From positions 13,184,784 to 13,248,783 of the forward strand of contig CM121341.1 in the NCBI GenBank assembly GCA_051530055.1: a stretch of DNA of 64,000 nt. The letters run 5' to 3'. The stretch comes from Neoechinorhynchus agilis (taxonomy: Eukaryota; Animalia; Acanthocephala). Under the pieces are notes generated by a model. That model saw only the letters and a list, made by a program, of their open reading frames with translations. It was not told the origin of the DNA and did no database searches. The position numbers and the translations under genes were made by a program. Shown piece by piece: positions 47,901-62,900 of the stretch. Numbering within the stretch: position 1 is the first letter of the stretch; each line of letters opens with the position of its first letter.

Positions 47901-50900
47901 GATATACAACCAAATAGAGACACTGAATCGGAACCAATCTATAGGCACGCTCGTGGAATTTTGGTCGCGAACGATTTATCATTGGCAGCTTTTAAAATAG
48001 CAAGTTTGTTCCCATTTTTCGCAAGCCAGTTTTTTGCTTAAAACTATTGAACCTCGTCTTTAGTGCAAATCGCTAACGAATTCGTCCAAGAAAACGGATA
48101 TACAACCAAATAGAGACACTGAATCGGAACCAATCTATAGGCACGCTCGTTGAATTTTGGTCGCGAACGATTTATCATTGGCAGCTTTTAAAATAGCAAG
48201 TTTGTTCCCGTTTTTCGCAAGCCAGTTTTTTGCTTAAAACGATTGAACCTCGTCTTTAGTTTAAATCGCTAACGAATTCGTCCAAGAAAACCGATATACA
48301 ACCAAATAGAGACACTGAATCGGAACCAATCTATAGGCACGCTCGTGGAATTTTGGTCGCGAATGATTTATCATTGGCAGCTCTGAAAATTTCCAGTTTG
48401 TTGCCGTTTTTCGCAAGCCAATTTTTTGCTTAAAACTATTGAACCTCGTCTTTAGTGCAAATCGTTAACGAATTCGTCCAAGAAAACTGATATACAACCT
48501 AATAGAGACACTGAATCTGAACCAATCTATAGGCACGCTCGTGGAATTCTGGTCGCGAATGATTTATCATTGGCAGCTTTGAAAATGGCGACTTTGTTGC
48601 CGATTTTCGCTAGCCAATTGTTTGCTTAAAACTATTGAACCTCGTCTTTAGTGAAAATCGCTAACGAATTCGTCCAAGAAAACCGATATACAACAAAATA
48701 GAGACACTGAATCGGAACCAATATATAGGCACGCTCGTGGAATTTTGGTCGCGAACGATTTATCATTGGCAGCTTTTAAAATAGCAAGTTTGTTCCCGTT
48801 TTTCGCAAGCCAGTTTTTTGCTTAAAACTATTGAACCTCGTCTTTAGTTAAAATCGCTAACGAATTCGTCCAAGAAAACCGATATACAACCAAATAGAGA
48901 CACTGAATCGGAACCAATATATAGGCACGCTCGTGGAATTTTGATCGCGAACGATTTATCATTGGCAGCTTTGAAAATGGCGACTTTGTTGCCGATTTTC
49001 GCTAGCCAATTGTTTGCTTAAAACTATTGAACCTCGTCTTTAGTGCAAATCGCTAATGAATTCCTCCAAGAAAACCGATATACAACCAAATAGAGACACT
49101 GAATCGGAACCAATATATAGGCACGCTCGTGGAATTTTGGTCGCGAATGATTTATCATTGGCAGCTTTGAAAATTTCCAGTTTGTTGCCGTTTTTCGCAA
49201 GCCAATTTTTTGCTTAAAACTTTTGAACCTCGTCTTTAGTGCAAATCGTTAACGAATTCGTCCAAGAAAACTGATATACAACCTAATAGAGACACTGAAT
49301 CGGAACCAATCTATAGGCACGCTCGTGGAATTTTGGTCGCGAATGATTTATCATTGGCAGCTTTTAAAATGGCCAGTTTGTTGCCGTTTTTCGCAAGCCA
49401 ATTTTTTGCTTAAAACTATTGAAGCTAACGAATTCGTCCAAGAAAACCGATATACAATCAAATAGAGACACTGAATCGGAACCAACCTATAGGCACGCTC
49501 GTGGAATTTTGGTCGCGAATGATTTATCATTGGCAGCTTTGAAAATGGCCAGTTTGTTGCCGTTTTTCGCAAGCCAATTTTTTGCTTAAAACTATTGAAC
49601 CTCGTCTTTAGTGCAAATCGTTAACGAATTCGTCCAAGAAAACCGATATACAACCTAATAGAGACACTGAATCGGAACCAATCTATAGGCACGCTCGTGG
49701 AATTTTGGTCGCGAATGATTTATCATTGGCAGCTTTTAAAATGGCCAGTTTTTTGCCGTTTTTCGCAAGCCAATTTTTTGCTTAAAACTATTGAATCTCG
49801 TCTAGCCGTTTTTCGCAAGCCAATTTTTTGCTTAAAACTATTGAACCTCGTCTTTTGTGCAAATCGTTAACGAATTCGTCCAAGAAAACCGATATAAAAC
49901 CAAATAGAGACAGTGAATCGAAACCAATCTATAGGCGCGCTCGTGGAATTTTGGTCGCGAATGATTTATCATTGGCAGCTTTTAAAATGGCGACTTTGTT
50001 GCAATTTTTCGCAAGCCAATTTTTGGCTTAAAACTATTGAACCTCGTCTTTTGTGCAAATCGTTAACGAAATCGTCCAAGAAAACCGATATACAACCAAA
50101 TAGAGACATTGAATCGGAACCAATCTATAGGCACGTCGTGGAATTTTGGTCGCGAACGATTTATCATTGGCAGCTTTTAAAATGGCGACTTTGTTGCAAT
50201 TTTTCGCAAGCAAATTTTTTGCTTAAAACTATTGAACCTCGTCTTTTGTGCAAATCGTTAACGAAATCGTCCAAGAAAACCGATATACAACCAAATAGAG
50301 ACATTGGATCGGAACCAATCTATAGGCACGTCGTGGAATTTTGATCGCGAACGATTTATCATTGGCAGCTTTGAAAATGGCGACTTTGTTGCCGATTTTC
50401 GCAAGCCAATTTTTTGCTTAAAACTATTGAACCTCGTCTTTAGTGCAAATCGTTTACGAATTCGTCCAAGAACACCGATATACAACCAAATAGAGACACT
50501 GAATCGGAACCAATCTCTTGGCACGCTCGTTGAATTTTGGTCGCGAATGATTTATAATTGGCAGCTTTGAAAATGGCGACTTTGTTGCCGATTTTCGCAA
50601 GCCAATTTTTTATCTTAAAACCATTTAACCTTGTCTTTAGTTCAAATCGCTAACGATTTCGTCCAAGAAAACCGATATACAACCAAATAGAGACACTGAA
50701 TCGGAATCAATCTATAGGCATGCTCGTGGAATTTTGGTCGCGAAAAATTTATCATTGGCAGCTTGAAAATGGCAAGTTTGTTGCCGTTTTTCGCAAGCCA
50801 ATTTTTTGTTTAGAACTATTGCACCTCGTCTTAAGTGCAAATCGTTAACGAATTCGTCCAAGAAAACCGATATACAAACAAATAGAGACACTGAATCGGA

Positions 50901-53900
50901 ACCAATCTATAGGCACGCTCGTGGAATTTTGATCGCGAACGATTTATTGTTTGATTCTTCCAAAATGGCGACTTTGTTGCCGTATTTCGCAAGCCAATTT
51001 TTTGCTTAAAACTATTGAACCTCGTCTTTAGTGCAAATCGCTAACGAATTCGTCCAAGAAAACCGATATACAAACAAATAGAGACACTGAATCGGAACGA
51101 ATCTATAGGCACGCTCGTATAATTTTGATCGCGAACGATTTATCATTGGCAGCTTTGAAAATGGCGACTTTGTTGCCGTTTTTCGCAAGCCAATTTTTTG
51201 CTTAAAACTATTGAACCTCGTCTTTAGTGCAAATCGTTAACGAATTCGTCCAATAATGCCGATATACAACCAAATAGAGACACTGAATCTGAACCAATCT
51301 ATAGGCACGCTCGTGGAATTTTGGTCGCGAACGATTTATCATTGGCAGCTTTGAAAATGGCGACTTTGTTGCCGTTTTTCGCAAGCCAATTTTTTGCTTA
51401 AAACTATTGAACCTCGTCTTTAGTGCAAATCGCTAACGAATTCGTCCAAGAAAACCGATATACAACCAAATAGAGACACTGAATCGGAACCAATCTATAG
51501 GCACGCTCGTGGAATTTTGGTCGCGAATGATTTATCATTGGCAGCTTTGAAAATGGAAAGTTTGTTGCCGTTTTTCGCAAGCCAATTTTTTGCTTAAAAC
51601 TATTGAACCTCGTCTTTGGTGCAAATCGCTAACAAATTCGTCCAAGAAAACCGATATACAACCAAATAGAGACACTGAATCGGAACCAATCTATAGGCAC
51701 GCTCGTGGAATTTTGATCGCGAACGATTTATTGTTTGATTCTTCCAAAATGGCGACTTTGTTGCCGTTTTTCGCAAGCCAATTTTTTGCTTAAAACTATT
51801 GAACCTCGTCTTTAGTGCAAATCGCTAACGAATTCGTCCAAGAAAACCGATATACAACCAAATAGAGACACTGAATCGGAACCAATCTATAGGCACGCTC
51901 GTGGAATTTTGGTCGCGAACGATTTATCATTGGCAGCTTTTAAAATGGCGACTTTGTTGCCGTTTTTCGCAAGCAAATTTTTTGCTTAAACTATTGAACC
52001 TCGTCTTTTGTGCAAATCGTTAACGAATTCGTCCAAGAATACCGATATACAACCAAATAGAGACACTGAATCGGAACCAATCTATAGGCACGCTCGTGGA
52101 ATTTTGGTCGCGAACGATTTATCATTGGCAGCTTTGAAAATGGCGACTTTGTTGCCGTTTTTCGCAAGCCAATTTTTTGCTTAAAACTATTGAACCTCGT
52201 CTTTAACTGTCTTTAGTGCAAATCGCTAACGAATTCGTCCAAGAAAACCGATATACAACCAAATAGAGACACTGAATCGGAACCAATCTATAGGCACGCT
52301 CGTGGAATTTTGGTCGCGAACGATTTATCATTGGCAGCTTTGAAAATGGCGACTTTGTTGCCGTTTTTCGCAAGCCAATTTTTTGCTTAAAACTATTGAA
52401 CCTCGTCTTTAGTGCAAATCGCAAACGAATTCGTCCAAGAAAATCGATTTACGACCAAATCGAGATACTGAATCGGAACCATTCTATAGGCACGCTCGTG
52501 GAATTTTGGTCGCGAACGATTTATCATTGGCAGCTTTGAAAATGGCGACTTTGTTGCCGTTTTTCGCAAGCCAATTTTTGGCTTAGAACTATTGAACCTC
52601 GTCTTTAGTTCAAATCGCTAACACATTCGTCCAAGAAAACCGATATACAACCAAATGGAGACACAGAATCGGAACAAATCTATAGGCACGCTCGTGGAAT
52701 TTTGGTCGCGAATGATTTATCATTGGCAGCTTTGAAAATGGCCAGTTTGTTGCCGTTTTTCGCATGCCAATTTTTTGCTTAAAACTATTGAACCCCGTCT
52801 TTAGTGCAAATCGCTAACAAATTCGTCCAAGAAAACCGATATACAACTAAATAGAGACACTGAATCGGAACCAATCTATAGGCACGCTCGTGGAATTTTG
52901 GTCGCGAACGATTTATCATTGGTAGCTTTGAAAATGGCGACTTTGTTGCCGTTTTTTGCAAGCAAATTTTTTGCTTAAAACTATTGAATCTCGTCTTTAG
53001 TTCAAATCGCTAACGAATTCGTCCAAGAAAACCTATATACAACCAAATAGAGACAGTTAATCGGAACCAATCTATAAGCACGCTCGTGGAATTTTGGTCG
53101 CGAATGATTTATCATTGGCAGCTTTGAAAATGGCCAGTTTGTTCCCATTTTTCGCAAGCCAATTTTTTTGCTTAATACTATTGAACCTCGTCTAGCCGTT
53201 TTTCGCCTGCAAATTTTTTGCTTAAAACGATTGAACCTCGTCTTTAGTTCAAATCGCTAACGAATTCGTCCAAGAAAACCGATATACAACCAAATAGTGA
53301 CAGTGAATCGGAACCAATCTATAGGCACGCTCGTGGAATTTTGGTCGCGAACGATTTATCATTGGCAGCTTTTAAAATGGCCAGTTTGTTGCCGTTTTTC
53401 GCAAGCCAATTTTTTACTTAAAACTTTTGAACCTCGTCTTTAGTGCAAATCGCAAACGAATTTGTCCAAGAAAACCGATATACGACCAAATCGAGATACT
53501 GAATCGGAACCATTCTTTAGGCACGCTCGTGGAATTTTGGTCGCGAACGATTTATCATTGGCAGCTTTGAAAATTGCGACTTTGTTGCTGTTTTTCGCAA
53601 GCAAATTTTTGGCTTAGAACTATTGAACCTCGTCTTTAGTGCAAATCGCTAACAAATTCGTCCAAGAAAACCGATATACGACCAAATGGAGACACAGAAT
53701 CGGAACCAATCTATAAGCACGCTCGTGGAATTTTGGTCGCGAATGATTTATCATTGGCAGCTTTGAAAATGGCCAGTTTGTTCCCATTTTTCGCAAGCCT
53801 ATTTTTTGCTTAATACTATTGAACCTCGTCTAGCCGTTTTTCGCAAGCAAATTTTTTGCTTAAAACTATGTAACCTCGTCTTTAGTGTAAATCGCTAGCG

Positions 53901-56900
53901 AATTCGTCCAAGAAAACCGATATACAACCAAATAGAGACAGTGAATCGGAACAAATCTATAGGAACGCTGGTGGAATTTTTGTCGCGAACGATTTATCAT
54001 TGGCAGCTTTTAAAATGGCCAGTTTGTTGCCGTTTTTCGCAAACCAATTTTTTTCTTAAAACTATTGAACCTCGTCTTTTGTGCAAATCGTCAACGAATT
54101 CGTCCAAGAAAACCGATATACAACCAAATAGAGACACTGAATCGGAACCAATCTATAGGCACGCTCGTGGAATTTTGGTCGCGAACGATTTATCATTTTC
54201 AGCTTTGAAAATAGCAAGTTTGTTCCCGTTTTTCGCAAGCCAATTTTTTGCTTTAAACTGTTGATCCTCGTCTAGGCGTCTTTCGCAAGCAAATTTTTAG
54301 CTTAAAACTATTTAATCTCGTCTTTAGTTCAAATCGCTAACGAATTCGTCCAAGAAAACCGATATACAACCGAATAGAGACAGTGAATCGGAACCAATCT
54401 ATAGGCATGCTCGTGTAATTTTGGTCGCCAACGATTTATCATTGGCAGCTTTGGAAATGGCCAGTATGTTGCCGTTTTTCGCAAGCCAATTTTTTTCTTA
54501 AAACTATTGAACCTCGTCTTTTGTGCAAATCGCTAACGAATTCGTCCAAGAAAACCGATATACAACCAAATAGAGACACTGAATCGGAACCAATCTATAG
54601 GCACGCTCGTCGAATTTTGGTCGCGAACGATTTATCATTGGCTGCTTTGAAAATGGCGACTTTGTTGCCGTTTTTCGCAAGCCAATTTTTTGCTTAAAAC
54701 TATTGAACCCCGTCTTTAGTGCAAATCGCTAACGAATTCGTCCAAGAAAACCGATATGGAACTAAATAGAGACACTGAATCGGAACCAATCTATAGGCAC
54801 GCTCGTGGAATTTTGGTCGAGAACGATTTATCATTGGTAGCTTTGAAAATGGCGACTTTGTTGCCGTTTTTCGCAAACCAATTTTTTGCTTAAAACTATT
54901 GAACCTCGTCTTTAGTGCAAATCGCAAACGAATTCGTCCAAGAAAACCGATATACGACCAAATGGAGATACTGAATCGGAACCAATCTATAGGCACGCTC
55001 GTCGAATTTTTATCGCGAACGATTTATCATTGGCAGCTTTGAAAATAGTCAGTCTGTTGCCGTTTTTCGGAAGCCAATTTTTTGCTTAAAACTATTGAAC
55101 CTCGTCTTTAGTGCAAATCGTCAACGAATTCGTCCAAGAAAACCGATATACAACTAAGTAGAGACACTGAATCGGAACCAATCTATAGGCACGCTCGTGG
55201 AATATTGGTGGCGAACGATTTATCATTGGCAGCTTTGAAAATAGCAAGTTTGTTCCCGTTTTTCGCAAGCCAATTGTTTGCTAAAAACTATTGAACCTCG
55301 TCTAGCCGTTTTTCGCAAGCAAATTTTTTGCTTAAAACTATTGAATCTCGTCTTTACTTCAAATCGCTAACGAATTCGTCCAAGAAAACCGATATACAAC
55401 CAAATAGAGACAGTGAATCGGAACCAATCTATAAGCACGCTCGTGGAATTTTGGTCGCGAATGATTTATCATTGGCAGCTTTGAAAATGGCCAGTTTGTT
55501 CCCGTTTTTCGCAAGCCAATTTTTTGCTTAATACTATTGAACCTCGTCTAGCCGTTTTTCGCAAGCAAATTTTTTGCTTAAAACTATTGAACCTCGTCTT
55601 TAGTTCAAATCGCTAACGAATTCGTCCAAGAAAACCGATATACAACCAAATAGAGACAGTGAATCGGAACCAATCTATAGGCACGCTCGTGGAATTTTGG
55701 TCGCGAACGATTTATCATTGGCAGCTTTTAAAATGGCAAGTTTGTTGCCGTTTTTCGCAAGCCAATTTTTTGCATAAAACTATTGAACCTCGTCTTTAGT
55801 GCAAATCGCTAACGAATTCGTCCAATAAAACCGATATACAACCAAATAGGGAAACTGAATCGGAACCAATCTATAGGCACGCTCGTGGTATTTTGATCGC
55901 GAACGATTTATCATTGGCAGCTTTGAAAATGGCCAGTTTGTTGCCGTTTTTCGCAAGCCAATTTTTTGCATAAAACTATTGAACCTCGTCTTTAGTGCAA
56001 ATCGCTAACGAATTCGTCCAAGAAAACCGATATACAACCAAATAGAGACACTGAATCGGAACCAATCTATAGGCACGCTCGTGGAATTTTGATCGCGAAC
56101 GATTTATCATTGGCAGCTTTGAAAATGGCCAGTTTGTTGCCGTTTTTCGCAAGCCAATTTTTTGCTTAAAACTATTGAACCTCGTCTTTAGTGCAAATCG
56201 CTAACGAATTCGTCCAAGAAAACCGATATACAACCAAATAGAGACACTGAATCGGAACCAATCTATAGGCACGCTCGTGGAATTTTGATCGCGAACGATT
56301 TATCATTGGCAGCTTTGAAAATAACGACTTTATTGCCGATTTTCCCAAGCCAATTTTTTGCTTGAAACTATTGAACCTTGTCTAGCCGTTTTTCGCAAGC
56401 CAATTTTTTGCTTAAAACTGTTGAACCTCGTCTTTAGTGCAAATCGCTAACGAATTCGTCCAAGAAAACCGATATACAACTAAATAGAGACACTAAATCG
56501 GAACCAATCTATAGGCACGCTCGTGGAATTTTGGTCGCGAATTATTTATCATTGGCAGCTTTGAAAATGGCGACTTTGTTTCCGTTTTTCGCAAGCCAAT
56601 TTTTTGCTTAAAACTATTGAACCTCGTCTTTAGTGCAAATCGCTAACAAATTCGTGCAAGAAAACCGATATACAACCAAATAGAGACACTGAATCGGAAC
56701 CAATCTATAGGATCGCTCGTGGAATTTTGGTCGCGAACGATTTAGCATTGGCAGCTTTGAAAATGGCAAGTTTGTTGCAATTTTTCGCAAGCCAATTTTT
56801 TGCTTAAAACTATTGAACCTCGTCTTGCCGTTTTCCGCAAGCCAATTTTCTGCTTAAAACTATTTAACCTCGCCTTTAGTGCAAATCGCTAATGAATTCG

Positions 56901-59900
56901 TCCAAGAAAACCGATATACAACCAAGTAGAGACACTTAATCGGAACCAATCTATAGGCACGCTCGTGGAATTTTGGTCGCGAATGATTTATCATTGGCAG
57001 CTTTTAAAATGGCGACTTTGTTTCCGTTTTTCGCAAGCCAATTTTTTGCTTAAAACTATTGAACCTCGTCTTTAGTGCAAATAGCTAACGAATTCGTCGA
57101 AGAAAACCGATATACAACCAAATAGAGACACTGAATCGGAACCAATCTATTCGCACGCTCGTGGAATTTTATTCGCGAACGATTTATCATTGGCAGCTTT
57201 GAAAATAGCCAGTTTGTTGCCGTTTTTCGCAAGCCAATTTTTTGCTTAAAACTATTGAACCTCGTCTTTAGTGCAAATCGCTAACGAATTCGTCCAAGAA
57301 AACCGATATACAACCAAATAGAGACACTGAATCGGAACCAATCTATAGGCACGCTCGTGGAATTTTGGTCGCCAACGATTTATCATTGGCAGCTTTGAAA
57401 ATGGCCAGTTTGTTGCCGTTTTTCGCAAGCCAATTTTTTGCTTAAAACTATTGAACCTCGTCTTTAGTGCAAATCGCTAACGAATTCGTCCAAGAAAACC
57501 GTTATACAACCAAATGGAGACACTGAATCGGAACCAATCTATTCGCACGCTCGTGGAATTTTATTCGCGAACGATTTATCATTGGCAGCTTTGAAAATAG
57601 CCAGTTTGTTGCCGTTTTTCGCAAGCCAATTTTTTGCTTAAAACTATTGAACCTCGTCCTTAGTTCAAATCGCTAACGAATTCGTCCAAAAAAACCGATA
57701 TACAACCAAATAGAGACACTGAATCGGAACCAATCTATAGGCACGCTCGTGGAATTTTGGTCGCCAACGATTTATCATTGGCAGCTTTGAAAATAGCCAG
57801 TTTGTTGCCGTTTTTCGCAAGCCAATTTTTTGCTTAAAACTATTGAACCTCGTGTTTAGTGCAAATCGCTTACGAATTCGTCCAAGAAAACCGATATACA
57901 ACCAAATAGAGACACTGAATCGGAACCAATCTATAGGCACGCTCGTGGAATTTTGGTCGCGAACGATTTATCATTGGCAGCTTTGAAAATAGCCAGTTTG
58001 TTGCCGTTTTTCGCAAGCCAATTTTTTGCTTAAAACTATTGAACCTCGTCTTTAGTGCAAATCGCTAACGAATTCGTCCAAGAAAACCGTTATACAACCA
58101 AATGGAGACACTGAATCGGAACCAATCTATTGGCACGCTCGTAGAATTTTATTCGCCAACGATTTATCATTGGCAGCTTTGAAAATAGCCAGTTTGTTGC
58201 CGTTTTTCGCAAGCCAATTTTTTGCTTAAAACTATTGAACCTCGTCTTTAGTGCAAATCGCTAACGAATTCGTCCAAGAAACCGATATACAACCAAATAG
58301 AGACACTGAATCGGAACCAATCTATAGGCACGCTCGTGGAATTTTGGTCGCGAACGATTTATCATTGGCCGCTTTGAAAATAGCCAGTTTGTGCCGTTTT
58401 TCGCAAGCCAATTTTTTGCTTAAAACTATTGAACCTTGTCTTTAGTGCAAATTGCTAACGAATTCGTCCAAGAAAACCGATATACAACCAAATAGAGGCA
58501 CTGAATCGGAACCAATCTATAGGCACGCTCGTGGAATTTTGGTCGCGAACGATTTATCATTGGCCGCTTTGAAAATAGCCAGTTTGTGCCGTTTTTCGCA
58601 TTCCAATCTTTTGCTAAAAACTATTAAACCTCGACTTTAGTGCAAATCGCTTTCGAATTCGTCCAAGAAAACCGATATACAACCAAATGGAGACACTGAA
58701 TCGGAACCAATCTATTCGCCCGCTCGTGGAATTTTATTCGCGAACGATTTTTCATTGGCAGCTTTGGAAATGGCGACTTTGTTGCCGTTTTTCGCAAGTT
58801 AATTTTTTGCTTAAAACTATTGAACCTCGTCTTTTGTGCAAATCGCTAACGAATTCGTCCAAGAAAACCGATATACAACCTAATAGAGACACTGAATCGG
58901 AACCAATCTATAGGCACGCTCGTGGAATTTTGGTCGCCAACGATTTATCATTGGCAGCTTTGAAAATAACCAGTTTGTTGCCGTTTTTCGCAAGCCAATT
59001 TTTTGCTTAAAACTATTGAACCTCGTCTTTTGTGCAGATCGCTAACGAATTCGTACAAGAAAACCGTTATACAACCAAATATAGACACTGAATCGGAACC
59101 AATCTATTGGCACGCTCCTGGAATTTTGGTCGCGAACGATTTATCATTGGCAGCTTTGAAAATAACCAGTTTGTTGCCGTTTTTCGCAAGCCAATTTTTT
59201 GCTTAAAACTATTGAACCTCGACTTTAGTGCAAATCGCTTACGAATAAGTCCAAGAAAACCGATATACAACCAAATGGAGACACTGAATCGGAACCAATC
59301 TATTCGCACGCTCGTGGAATTTTATTCGCGAACGATTTATCATTGGCAGCTTTGGAAATGGCGACTTTGTTGCCGTTTTTCGCAAGCTAATTCTTTTCTT
59401 AAGACTATTGAACCTCGTTTTTAGTGCAAATCGCTAACGAATTCGTCCAAGAAAACCGATATACAACCAAATAGAGACAGTGAATCGGAACCAATCTATA
59501 AAGACGCTCGTGGAATTTTAGTGGCGAACGATTTATCATTGGCAGCTTTGAAAATAGCTACTTTGTTGCCGTTTTTCGCAAGCCAATTTTTTGCTTAAAA
59601 CTATTGAACCTCGTCTTTAGTACAAATCGCAAACGAATTCGTCCAAGAAAACCGATATACAACCAAATTGAGACACTGAATCGGAACCAATCTATAGGCA
59701 CGCTCGTGCAATTTTGATCGCGAACGATTTATCATTGGCAGCTTTAAAAATGGCGACTTTGTTGCCGTTTTTCGCAAGCCAATTTTTTGCTTAAAACGAT
59801 AGAACTTGGTCTTTAGTGAAAATCGCTAACGAATTCGTCCAAGAAAACCGATATACAACCAAATAGAGACAGTGAATCGGAACCAATCTATTCGCACGCT

Positions 59901-62900
59901 CGTGGAATTTTATTCGCGAACGATTTATCATTGGCAGCTTTGATAATGGCCAGTTTGTTGCGGTTTTTCGCAAGCCAATTTTTTGCTTAAAACTATTAAA
60001 CCCCTTTTTGCCGTTTTTCGCAAGCCAATTTTTTGGTTAAGACTATTGAACTTCGTCTTTAGTTCAAATCGCTAACGAATTCGACCAAGAAAACCGATAT
60101 ACAACCAAATAGAGACACTGAATCGGAACCTATCTCTAGGCACGCTCGTGGAATTTTGGTCGCCAACGATTTATCATTGGCAGCTTTGAAAATAGCCAGT
60201 TTGTTGCCGTTTTTCGCAAGCCAACTTTTTGCTTAAAACTATTGAACCTCGTCAATAGTGCAAATCGCTAACGAATTCGTCCACGAAAACCGTTATACAA
60301 CCAAATGGAGACACTGAATCGGAACAGATCTATTCGCACGCTCGTGGAATTTTATTCGCCAACGATTTATCATTGGCAGCTTTGAAAATAGCCAGTTTAT
60401 TGCCGTTTTTCGCAAGCCAACTTTTTGCTTAAAACTATTGAACCTCGTGTTTAGTGAAAATCGCTTACGAATTCGTCCAAGAAAACCGTTAAACAACCAA
60501 ATAGAGACACTGAATCGGAACCAATCTATTCGCACGCTCGTTGAATTTTATTCGCGAACGATTTATCATTGGCGGCTTTTAAAATAGCCAGTTTGTTTCC
60601 GTTTTTCGCAAGCCAATTTTTTGCTTAAAACTATTGAACCTCGTCATTAGTGCAAATCGCTAACGAATTCGTCCAAGAAAACCGATATATAACCTAATAG
60701 AGACACTGAATCGGAACCAATCTATAGGCACGCTCATGGAATTTTGGTCGCCAACGATTTATCATTGGCAGCTTTGAAAATGGCCAGTTTGTTGCCGTTT
60801 TTCGCAAGCCAATTTTTTTCATAAAACTATTGAACCTCGTCCTAAGTGCAAATCGCTAACGAATTCGTCCAAGAAAACCGATATACAACCTAATAGAGAC
60901 ACTGAATCGGAACAAATCTATAGGCACGCTCGTGGAATTTTGGTCGCCAACGATTGATCATTGGCAGCTTTGAAAATAGCCTGTTTGTTGCCGTTTTTCG
61001 CAAGCGAATTTTTTGCGCAAAATTATTGAACCTCGTGCTTAGTTCAAATCGCTAACGAATTCGTCCAAAAAAACCGATATACAACCAAATAGAGAAACTG
61101 AATAGGAACCAATCTATAGGCACGCTCGTGGAATTTTGGTCGCCAACGATTTATCATTTGCAGCTTTGAAAATAGCCAGTTTGTTTCCGTTTTTCGCAAG
61201 CCAACTTTTTGCTTAAAACTATTGAACCTCGTGTTTAGTGCAAATCGCTTACGAATTCGTCCAAGAAAACCGTTATACAACCAAATAGAGACACTGAATC
61301 GGAAACAATCTATTCGCACGCTCGTTGAATTTTATTCGCGAACGATTTATCATTGGCGGCTTTGAAAATAGCCAGTTTGTTGCCGTTTTTCGCAAGCCAA
61401 TTTTTTGCTTAAAACTATTGAACGTCGTCTTTAGTGCAAATCGCTAACGAATTTGTCCAAAAAAACTTATACACAACCAAATAGAGACACTGAATCGGAA
61501 CCAATCTATAGGCACGGTCGTAGAATTTTGGTCGCGAACGATTTATCATTGGCAGCTTTGAAAATAGCCAGTTTGTGCCGTTTTTCGCAAGCCAATTTTT
61601 TGCTTAAAACTATTGAACCTCGTCTTTAGTGCAAATTGCTAACGAATTCGTCCAAGAAAACCGATATACAACCAAATAGAGACACTGAATCGGAACCAAT
61701 CTATAGGCACGGTCGTGGAATTTTGGTCGCGAACGATTTATCATTTGCAGCTTTGAAAATAGCCAGTTTGTGCCGTTTTTCGCAAGCCAATTTTTTGCTT
61801 AAAACTATTGAACCTCGTCTTTAGTGCAAATTGCTAACGAATTCGTCCAAGAAAACCGATATACAACCAAATAGAGGCACTGAATCGGAACCAATCTATA
61901 GGCACGCTCGTGGAATTTTGGTCGCGAACGATTTATCATTGGCAGCTTTGAAAATGGCCAGTTTGTTGCCGTTTTTCGCAAGCCAATTTTTTGCTTAAAA
62001 CTATTGAACCTCGTCTTTAGTGCAAATTGCTAACGAATTCGTCCAAGAAAACCGATATACAACCAAATAGAGACACTGAATCGGAACCAATCTATAGGCA
62101 CGCTCGTGGAATTTTGGTCGCGAACGATTTATCATTGGCGCTTTGAAAATAGCCAGTTTGTGCCGTTTTTCGCAAGCCAATTTTTTGCTAAAAACTATTA
62201 AACCTCGACTTTAGTGCAAATCGCTTACGAATTCGTCCAAGAAAACCGATATACAACCAAATGGAGACACTGAATCGGAACCAATCTATTCGCACGCTCG
62301 TGGAATTTTATTCGCGAACGATTTATCATTGGCAGCTTTGGAAATGGCGACTTTGTTGCCGTTTTTCGCAAGCCAATTTTTTGCTTAAAACTATTGAACC
62401 TCGTCTTTAGTACAAATCGCAAACGAATTCGTCCAAGAAAACCGATATACAACCAAATTGAGACACTGAATCGGAACCAATCTAGAGGCACGCTCGTGCA
62501 ATTTTGATCGCGAACGATTTATCATTGGCAGCTTTAAAAATGGCGACTTTGTTGCCGTTTTTCGCAAGCCAATTTTTTGCTTAAAACGATAGAACTTGGT
62601 CTTTAGTGAAAATCGCTAACGAATTCGTCCAAGAAAACCGATATACAACCAAATAGAGACAGTGAATCGGAACCAATCTATTCGCACGCTCGTGGAATTT
62701 TATTCGCGAACGATTTATCATTGGCAGCTTTGATAATGGCCAGTTTGTTGCGGTTTTTCGCAAGCCAATTTTTTGCTTAAAACTATTGAACCCCTTTTTG
62801 CCGTTTTTCGCAAGCCAATTTTTTGGTTAAGACTATTGAACTTCGTCTTTAGTGCAAATCGCTAACGAATTCGACCAAGAAAAACGATATACAACCAAAT

